DNA from: Parcubacteria group bacterium Greene0714_7 | Lineage (GTDB): Bacteria; Patescibacteriota; Minisyncoccia; Phycocordibacterales; Phycocordibacteraceae | Direction of reading: 5' to 3' | Length of the DNA: 64,000 nt | NCBI GenBank assembly: GCA_007378985.1 | Contig: VMHB01000005.1 | Coordinates: forward strand, 9,235 to 73,234 | In this document: one piece after another, positions 57,265 to 64,000 of the stretch | Layout of the letters: every line of letters starts with the position of its first letter | Numbering within the stretch: the first letter of the stretch is position 1 | Notes under the pieces: generated by a model | Seen by the model: the letters and a program-made list of their open reading frames with translations, nothing else | Databases searched by the model: none | What the model was told of the DNA's origin: nothing | Translations under genes and position numbers: made by a program

Positions 57265-60200
57265 TACCGAAGGTGAGTCCGTAGCCTGAAGAGGTTGTGT
57301 TCAGAGCTGCGGTGCCGGAACCTGCGCTTCCGGTTGAAAGAAGACGTACCCCGCGATTTGAGTCGCTCGTATTCTGTATTTGCAACCCTACACCGCTTGC
57401 TCCTGCTATGTCGAGTGCATAGCTTGGGGAGATGTCGCCAATACCGACGTTGCCAGATGGAGTAATGCGCATGCGCTCAGTTGGTGTGTAGGCGGCATTT
57501 TCAGCAATGGTAGCTGCAGTATCGGAAAAGAACTGTATGCCATCATCATTAAACGCATTGAGACGCAGCCCACTCCTTCTCATTGACGAGCCGTAACTCG
57601 AAAGGTAGCTATCGGCTGAGGTACTTCCTCTAAATCCGGTAGCCAAAACAATACCCGAGGTAGAATATGGGGCATAGATGTTGGCATAATTACCCTCTGA
57701 CGCGCTACCGCCCCAAGCGATACCCCTGCCATTAGTTCCTGCTCCGAGGTCAAGGGTAGAGGCGGGATTTGTTGAACCAATACCGACGTTGCCTCCAGAC
57801 AAGATTCTCATTCTCTCAACTCCGTTGGTAGAAATTATTATAGGTAATGCTTGTGTCTGGCTGATGACGCTGTTGCCAGCGGTATCAACACCAAAATAGG
57901 TGCCATTGAGGCCGGTGTTTGAATTGCCTACTGCCATATACGTTGCGGTTGAACCAGTACGATAGAGGTTTAATGCTTGTGTGGGAGCGTTGCCAGCTGC
58001 GATACCAACATTGCCTGTGTTATCTACATACACGGCATTGGTAACGCCTCCAGTTGAAACACTGAATACTCCAGATGCAGGACTGCTTATAGTGGAGTAG
58101 TTTGAGTTGGTTGAATTGTAAAGACGTACTGCACTGCCTGCCATAATGGCAGTGGTTCCATTCACGGTAAGCGCCGAAGTGGGTGTCGTGGTACCAATAC
58201 CAACGTTGCCTGAGCCATCAATGCGCATTCTCTCTGTTCCAGCACCTGTGGTGAATGTCAGGAATCCTCCAGTGGTCCCACTCCCTCGATAAAAATGAAC
58301 GGAGGCATTTTCTGTAGTGCCATAGTAGAGGCCGGTATTAAAGGTAGTAGCATTGGCTGTAGCGGAACCGGAATTATATGTTCGCAACTTGAAACTCGAT
58401 TCACTTGCATTCTCAAGTTCAAACATATAGTTGCCGGCAGCCTTGCTTACGGTGAGTAGTGAACCAGGACTTGCCGTACCAATACCGACGTTGCCTCCAT
58501 TAGCATTAAGAGCGAGGCTCGCAGTAGAAGAAAGACCGGTACTTCCAGCACCCTGGATTTGTGCCACACCCGCAACAGAACCGATACCGACCGCTGCGCT
58601 TGTATCTCCAAAAGATGCGGCCCAGCTACCAGCTACATATGAAGTTAATTTTGTAGTTGGTGTAGTGGTACCAATACCGACGTTGCCAGCGAAATATGCT
58701 TTTCCATCACTTCCCTGCACTTCAAATAACGAAGTGCCTGAGGTGTTTTTCAAGATATGGCCGTATCCGGCACCGTTAAACACAGTTTCAATAAGTCCCG
58801 CTGTGCTCACAATGCCACCGCCAGGAGATGAGTTGTAGTGCAGAGACCAGTTAGTATCTGGGCTCGCTCCGTTCACTGAGAAGTAGTACTTAGAACCTGA
58901 AATGATATTTACATCGCCTTGTACTTGAAGCTTAGATGCTGGGGTGGTAGTACCAATACCAACATTTCCCGCGCTCGTGATGCGCATTCTCTCTCCATCA
59001 ACACCATCGAATAGATAGCCTGTGTATCCTGATTGAGAGCCGTAGAACTCCATGAGTCCGGTCGAACTGTTGCGTCCAAGACGATAGTACTCTGAACCCG
59101 CCGTACGAAGACGAAGCTGATCGCCTGAAGAACCGAGGATATCAAGCTTAGATGCTGGGGTGGTAGTACCAATACCGACGTTGCCGTTGCCTAAAATGGT
59201 CATCAATTTTGTACCAGAACCAACGGCCCCTGTTTCCACTTGGAGAACAGTCTCGAGTGCCCCCATCGCCTGTTCACTTGTTGTATTCTTTTTAGAACCG
59301 TTGAGGAGGAGGCCTGCTACGGTGTCAGTCGGATCAGTGACACCGATTACACCTTGTAAAGATATACCGGGGGTACCTGCCGCATCACTTGCACCAGTTA
59401 CCCATGCTCCGCCGTCAGAACTACTATAATTTTGAATTTTAAATGTAGCGGTTGTTGATAAAATACCGGTCATACCATGTGCTACATCTCCGTCCGAAAG
59501 TTGAAAGGTCGGATTGCTACTTGCAGCACTTGAGACATCCAGCAATGCTCCTGGGCTCACCGTACCAATACCGACGTTGCCTGCAGTCGCAACCGTTAAG
59601 CGAATGTTGTTGCCGTTGGTACCGAGCTGGAATGCACCTTCGGAACGGAGATTCAATGCGTCAGCAAGCTCTCCAGTGAACGTTGTGTCTGCACCAGTGC
59701 CTGTGTGGGCAAAACCTAAGTACCCTCGCACCGTGTCGCCAGTTGCGCCTCCCCAGAGTGCTACGAGCGCACCAGTGTCATTTGTTGTTTGTGTTTTTGA
59801 GAAGCTTGCGATTTCAATGGTGCCTGTTGGGACCGCGACTGAAAGTCTGTCGGTTGGATTGGTGGTACCAATACCGACGTTGCCTGCTGAAGTAATTGTC
59901 ATTCGATCACCACTGTTTCCGAAGAAGCGCAGATCGTCTGAAGAAGTTGGTTGATACATAATCCAATTTGTACCACTAGTACCTCCTGTAAGTTGCAAAG
60001 CAACTTGACCAGTAGACTGCGAAGCACGAGCGACATCGAGATATGCATTGCCGCTTGCTGTGGCTACAGTAAGCCTAGAACCGCTTGTTGGACTCGCCGT
60101 GCCAATACCGACGTTGCCACTTGCGAGAATACGCATGCGCTCGGTAAGCGCAGTATCCCCAACCGCATTTCGGGTCGAGAATGCAAGGTCACCGATGGTG

Positions 60201-60601
60201 TTACTACTGCCGTTAGTAAGCAGTCCCTTTATTGCTGCGAATCCAACGGAGCCAGCAGTTACTGACTGACTGTTCCCGAACGTGAGCGTGCCTCCATTTC
60301 CGGCTGCGGATCCACTTGAATTGAGGGCGAGCATTCCCGTGGTCACCCCTGCATCAGTGAGTGCAGCAGTTGTTTGAGAGGCTCCGTACACTTCAAGGGA
60401 AGCTGTTACCGACGTTGCCTGCACTTGTGATACGCATTCTCTCGTCAGACGTAGTGAAAGTGCTCGTATCAGCCGAGTTGCGGTTATAGAATGCGAGGTC
60501 ACCCATGCCTTGTGAATTGTTTCGCACAAGACCGATACCAGCCTTAAACGCGCTCGCGTCCCCAAGCGAGCTAGAATAGACACCGAAGCCAAGCGCAGCA
60601 A
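57233..60601 (-). CDS. giant tail-fibre-like repeat protein with ~12 ERMRIxxxGNVGIGTTxPxxKLxV modules
   Basis: 1122 aa ORF; first ~60 codons overlap the upstream gene in another frame and are probably not translated; conserved domain starts at TASLEVYG. Confidence 0.5.
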   Translation of the reverse strand: MLRLASVSILARLGTRARLRLVSVLCETIHKAWVTSHSITATRLIRALSLRLTRECVSQVQATSVTASLEVYGASQTTAALTDAGVTTGMLALNSSGSAAGNGGTLTFGNSQSVTAGSVGFAAIKGLLTNGSSNTIGDLAFSTRNAVGDTALTERMRILASGNVGIGTASPTSGSRLTVATASGNAYLDVARASQSTGQVALQLTGGTSGTNWIMYQPTSSDDLRFFGNSGDRMTITSAGNVGIGTTNPTDRLSVAVPTGTIEIASFSKTQTTNDTGALVALWGGATGDTVRGYLGFAHTGTGADTTFTGELADALNLRSEGAFQLGTNGNNIRLTVATAGNVGIGTVSPGALLDVSSAASSNPTFQLSDGDVAHGMTGILSTTATFKIQNYSSSDGGAWVTGASDAAGTPGISLQGVIGVTDPTDTVAGLLLNGSKKNTTSEQAMGALETVLQVETGAVGSGTKLMTILGNGNVGIGTTTPASKLDILGSSGDQLRLRTAGSEYYRLGRNSSTGLMEFYGSQSGYTGYLFDGVDGERMRITSAGNVGIGTTTPASKLQVQGDVNIISGSKYYFSVNGASPDTNWSLHYNSSPGGGIVSTAGLIETVFNGAGYGHILKNTSGTSLFEVQGSDGKAYFAGNVGIGTTTPTTKLTSYVAGSWAASFGDTSAAVGIGSVAGVAQIQGAGSTGLSSTASLALNANGGNVGIGTASPGSLLTVSKAAGNYMFELENASESSFKLRTYNSGSATANATTFNTGLYYGTTENASVHFYRGSGTTGGFLTFTTGAGTERMRIDGSGNVGIGTTTPTSALTVNGTTAIMAGSAVRLYNSTNSNYSTISSPASGVFSVSTGGVTNAVYVDNTGNVGIAAGNAPTQALNLYRTGSTATYMAVGNSNTGLNGTYFGVDTAGNSVISQTQALPIIISTNGVERMRILSGGNVGIGSTNPASTLDLGAGTNGRGIAWGGSASEGNYANIYAPYSTSGIVLATGFRGSTSADSYLSSYGSSMRRSGLRLNAFNDDGIQFFSDTAATIAENAAYTPTERMRITPSGNVGIGDISPSYALDIAGASGVGLQIQNTSDSNRGVRLLSTGSAGSGTAALNTTSSGYGLTFGIDSVEKNSFP

Positions 60602-63600
60602 CTCCGGTACCGCCGTTATCGTTAGTAATGCGAACTGGAATTTGCAAAGAATTACTTGAAGAATATACCTGGAGTTTGTCTACAGGAGTCGTTGTACCAA
60701 TACCGACGTTGCCATCACCTCTTGACCACGTCATTACATCGTAATCGGTACCTGCCACACGACGCCTGAGTGTTTGATTTCCGGTGACTGATTCGTCCTG
60801 AATGAGTTTCCATCCATACGCGTTATTCGAACCTGTGGTTTGCCATACGAGACTCTCCGCACCTCCCGTAAGCTGATAAAAAATGCCAGGCACGCTGGAG
60901 CTATTCCCTGCAATAGAGAGCTTTCCTGCTGGTGTTGTTGTACCAATACCAACGTTGCCTGCAGACGTAATACGCAAACGCTCACTACCGCCCGTGATTG
61001 CACGAATAGTGGAACCAAGCGTACTTGTCTGACCATCTATAGCGAAGCCTGTTGGCTGAGATGATCCTGCACTTATCTCAACGCTTTCGTTGTCCGCATA
61101 CGTATGGATCGAACCGACCTGTCCTGTCGTAAGACGACCGGTGGCGAGATTGCTTGAGAATGACAGTCCACTACCCGCACTTGCAAGAGAACCTCCACGC
61201 ACTACAAGCTTAGCGGTTGGATCTGTTGCGCCAATACCGACGTTACCTGCATTAGTCACTGCGAAGGAATTGCCCGCGGCCGTGCTGATACCGAATGCGT
61301 AGAATGCCGCTGAACTCCCGCTGTTCTCGACGTAGAGTTGAGGAGTATTCGCGCCTCCCCACGCAGTCCCCGCTCCCTGTTGGATGCGCAGCGAACCATC
61401 GGTCGTGTTGGTTATACCGAGCCCAAGTCCGCCAGTGAGATACGCATCACCTGCTACCGACAACAGTTGCGACGGTGAGGTGGTACCAATACCGACGTTG
61501 CCCGAGTCGAGAATCGTCATCTTGGTAGAAAGCACTGAATTTGTCCCTGTCTGGAACTCGAGCACACCATCATTTGCACCGGCACCCGAGTTAAGGGCTC
61601 TGAATTTTATTCCTGCCAAGTTCCCATAGAAACCATCCATTACGATTCTGCCGCTTCGAACATCGCTTGAGATCAGGTTATTCGCAAGTGTAAGAAGATC
61701 TTGATCTCCTGCAGTGTCACGCTTGATTACAAGTGGTGAGCTAGGAGTTGTTGAACCAATACCTACGTTGCCTGTTACTCGAGCCATCGACAAGATTGGG
61801 TTTGTGGTCTCAACAGAATTATTCAGCCCGTACCACTTGAATACACCGTCGGCGTCATTCCCTCTAAGCACCAACCCGTATGTATCAACATATCCTGGTT
61901 CGCCGATTTGTAACAACTTCTGATCACCACTTGTAGCTGTGCCTATGTGTAGCTTTGCAGCAGGAGATGCGGTACCAACCCCCACATTCCCACTCGCATC
62001 AATAATGAAGGGCGTTGAGTCTGGCGAGGTTGAGTCTTCAACCACAAACGACGGGCCCGTGCCAGTGTTAGTGACGGAGAGTTTGCCCCATGGAGTAGAC
62101 GAGGCAATACCAATGTTCCCACTTGATACCGTTGTGCCCTGACCGTCAATACCCGTACCGAAAATCAAGTTACCAATAGACAATTGATTTGACCCCGTGT
62201 TTGATGGCGCATCAATGTCGTACCCGAGAAGAATATTACTTGCACCGGTGGTGAGTGCATTGCCCGCCTGATATCCGATAAGGATGTTGTTGTCAGCGCC
62301 AGTGGTTGCAAGATATCCTGACCGATAGCCAATAAACACATTGTTCTGAAATGTTCCTCCAGTTTGATTTGCGTCTGCTCCTGCTCCCGAACCGATAGCT
62401 ATTGTGGACGTAGCATTATTTATGTAGCGTAGCGAATCATTACCAAACGCAACGTTGTTGGTACCTGTTTTATTGGTGTAGAGAGATGCATACCCGAAGC
62501 TTGCATTGGATCCAGCTGTTGTGCCTCGAAACTGAGATGAGTTACCAAACGCCGTATTGTCTTGTCCTGTAGTAAGGCTTTGAAGAGTCGTGTTGCCAAA
62601 AGCGTTGTTGGAACCACATCCTGTAGTACACGAACTGAGAGCAAAGTATCCAATAGCATTGTTGCTACCCGTCGTATTTGCAGTGAGCGCAGACTGTCCA
62701 ATGGCAATACTCTGACTACCAGTAGTGTTTGCGGCAAGTGCACCATTACCAATCGCCGTGTTGTATCCCCCGGTGGTATTTGCGGTGAGTGCGTTGTACC
62801 CAACTGCGGTATTTGGAAGTGTGGCACTAAATGTGCTGGTATTCCCCTTAAGCGCACGATATCCAATGGCAACATTTTGCGATGACGTAGTAGCATACGC
62901 CCCTGCTTCGTATCCAAAGAATGAATTCTGTCCTTGGTCGTTTGTTTTGTACCCTGCACGATATCCTACTGCGGTATTGTTGGCACCTGATGTGAGCGCA
63001 TTAAATGCCTCGTATCCAACCGCAACCGTTCCTCGACTCGTTGCACTCGTCGTTGCATTCTGCCCTCCTGCACCAAGTCCCCAGATAGTTGCGGTGTTGG
63101 TTGTTGATGCGTATCCAAGAAGACTGCTGTTCTGCTGGAACCCGCCATACTGCGAAGCGTTAAAGAAGAGTGCGGAGATTGAGCTGGTTGCGGTAATACT
63201 TGATGCCGAAAGTGTTCCTGAGAAAAGACCGTTTCCTTGGACACTGAGATTGGTTGATGGAGTTGTAGTGCCAATGCCAATGAGGCCTGTGGAGAGAGTT
63301 GCAGCTGTACCACTGTTGCCTGTGCCAAAAATTATATTTTGGATGTTAAGTTGATTTGAAGCGGTTGCAGATGGAGCCTGAATGTCATTACCGATAATAA
63401 TATTGTTTGAGCCGGTTGTTATGTTTGCGTTTGTACTCGTAACCCATGAACCAATTTGAATGTTCTTTGACCCCGTGGTGGTGTTGTACCCTGCTTGATA
63501 GCCAAGCATGGTGTTGTAGTCAGAACCAACATCAAGTAGACGACCTGCTTGATATCCAATTGCAACAGTTCCTTGGTTGTAGAGCGTTGTTGCGCCATAA

Positions 63601-63908
63601 CCGGCTCTCCATCCAATAACGACCGTTGATGTTGCTGACTTATTGTTAAGGCTTGCGCTATAACCAATAGCAACATTGTTACTTCCGCTCGTTGAACTAT
63701 CAAGAGCGCTGGCACCAATGGCAGTGTTGTAATTTCCTATCGTATTAGCGCCGAGAGCTTCTGCACCAATGGCAGTGTTAATGCTCCCTGTGGTATTTCC
63801 ACCAAGTGCGTTATAACCAACAGCCACTTGACTTAAGCCTGTGGTGGATACATCAAGCGCTCCAAAACCAAGAGCAACATTTCTATATCCTGTAGTGAGA
63901 TCATTCAA
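60393..63908 (-). CDS. giant tail-fibre-like repeat protein; repeat-containing sequence continues to the window end so the gene may extend beyond 64000
   Basis: 1171 aa; Gly/Asn/Thr/Ser-rich beta-strand repeats (NTAIGYxAL...); ends ...ERMRITSAGNVGNSFP* at the same NSFP junction as the next gene. Confidence 0.5.
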   Translation of the reverse strand: MNDLTTGYRNVALGFGALDVSTTGLSQVAVGYNALGGNTTGSINTAIGAEALGANTIGNYNTAIGASALDSSTSGSNNVAIGYSASLNNKSATSTVVIGWRAGYGATTLYNQGTVAIGYQAGRLLDVGSDYNTMLGYQAGYNTTTGSKNIQIGSWVTSTNANITTGSNNIIIGNDIQAPSATASNQLNIQNIIFGTGNSGTAATLSTGLIGIGTTTPSTNLSVQGNGLFSGTLSASSITATSSISALFFNASQYGGFQQNSSLLGYASTTNTATIWGLGAGGQNATTSATSRGTVAVGYEAFNALTSGANNTAVGYRAGYKTNDQGQNSFFGYEAGAYATTSSQNVAIGYRALKGNTSTFSATLPNTAVGYNALTANTTGGYNTAIGNGALAANTTGSQSIAIGQSALTANTTGSNNAIGYFALSSCTTGCGSNNAFGNTTLQSLTTGQDNTAFGNSSQFRGTTAGSNASFGYASLYTNKTGTNNVAFGNDSLRYINNATSTIAIGSGAGADANQTGGTFQNNVFIGYRSGYLATTGADNNILIGYQAGNALTTGASNILLGYDIDAPSNTGSNQLSIGNLIFGTGIDGQGTTVSSGNIGIASSTPWGKLSVTNTGTGPSFVVEDSTSPDSTPFIIDASGNVGVGTASPAAKLHIGTATSGDQKLLQIGEPGYVDTYGLVLRGNDADGVFKWYGLNNSVETTNPILSMARVTGNVGIGSTTPSSPLVIKRDTAGDQDLLTLANNLISSDVRSGRIVMDGFYGNLAGIKFRALNSGAGANDGVLEFQTGTNSVLSTKMTILDSGNVGIGTTSPSQLLSVAGDAYLTGGLGLGITNTTDGSLRIQQGAGTAWGGANTPQLYVENSGSSAAFYAFGISTAAGNSFAVTNAGNVGIGATDPTAKLVVRGGSLASAGSGLSFSSNLATGRLTTGQVGSIHTYADNESVEISAGSSQPTGFAIDGQTSTLGSTIRAITGGSERLRITSAGNVGIGTTTPAGKLSIAGNSSSVPGIFYQLTGGAESLVWQTTGSNNAYGWKLIQDESVTGNQTLRRRVAGTDYDVMTWSRGDGNVGIGTTTPVDKLQVYSSSNSLQIPVRITNDNGGTGVAALGFGVYSSSLGDASAFKAGIGLVRNNSQGMGDLAFYNRNSADTSTFTTSDERMRITSAGNVGNSFP

Positions 63909-64000
63909 TGCGAGGTACCCAATAGCCGTGTTTTGTCCGATAGAGCTAAAAGTATTTCCGTCTGCCGTTCCTGCAAGTGCTCCATATCCAATGGCAGTAT

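Noticed and set aside
1-64000. CRISPR arrays, rRNA genes, integrases or a reverse transcriptase (DGR) near the fibre genes
   Set aside because: None was seen. No regularly spaced direct repeats with unique spacers, no rRNA-like conserved stretches, and no RT/integrase motifs appear in any long ORF.

Overview
This 64 kb window looks like a compact, gene-dense bacterial chromosome segment. The standard genetic code appears to be in use, since TGA terminates gdh. The gene content and architecture are reminiscent of a reduced-genome Candidate Phyla Radiation (Patescibacteria) lineage, with shortened SMC, DnaE, PheT and PurH, a split transketolase, and many giant repeat-rich surface proteins. Most genes run on the minus strand.

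Recognisable housekeeping genes: gdh, malic enzyme, smc, rnc, a NusB-Nudix fusion, rpmF, rnhB, dnaE, thrS, gyrB, purD, an MscS channel, pheST, a processive GT2, a PurH AICARFT-only protein, tRNA-Thr, tsf, rpsB, prfA, rpmE, rplY, and a pentose-phosphate/glycolysis cluster (gap, rpiB, rpe, split tkt, tal, a PfkB kinase, an FAD oxidase).

Accessory content:
- A sortase operon at 15.1-22.3 kb: a large membrane protein, a sortase, and a ~1250 aa Ig-like repeat surface protein. The surface protein carries an internal IPYTG-plus-TM sorting-signal-like segment and an apparent frameshift.
- Two tandem paralogous mini zinc-finger genes (CxxCxGxG motifs) with conserved 5' and 3' flanks, at 23.5-23.9 kb.
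- A TrpR/YerC-like HTH gene bracketed by perfect AT-rich palindromes.
- An IS200-like Y1 transposase resembling a REP-associated RAYT, flanked by two related 25 nt palindromes. Inverted copies of these palindromes sit inside the pheT and RAYT coding sequences.
- A block of at least 10 kb (53.4-64 kb) of tandem paralogous tail-fibre-like giant repeat proteins, with a conserved N-terminal domain and a recurring gene-junction sequence.

The non-coding DNA is unusually structured. There are at least six distinct perfect-palindrome families and about eleven dispersed arrays of 7 bp-periodic micro-repeats (core TAGGT/TAGCT/TAGGG/CAGGT, including a G-quadruplex and telomere-like version). Identical 18 bp-stem hairpins sit 12 nt upstream of two start codons, and there is a 165 bp MITE-like inverted-repeat element.

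No CRISPR array, rRNA gene or obvious prophage integrase was seen.
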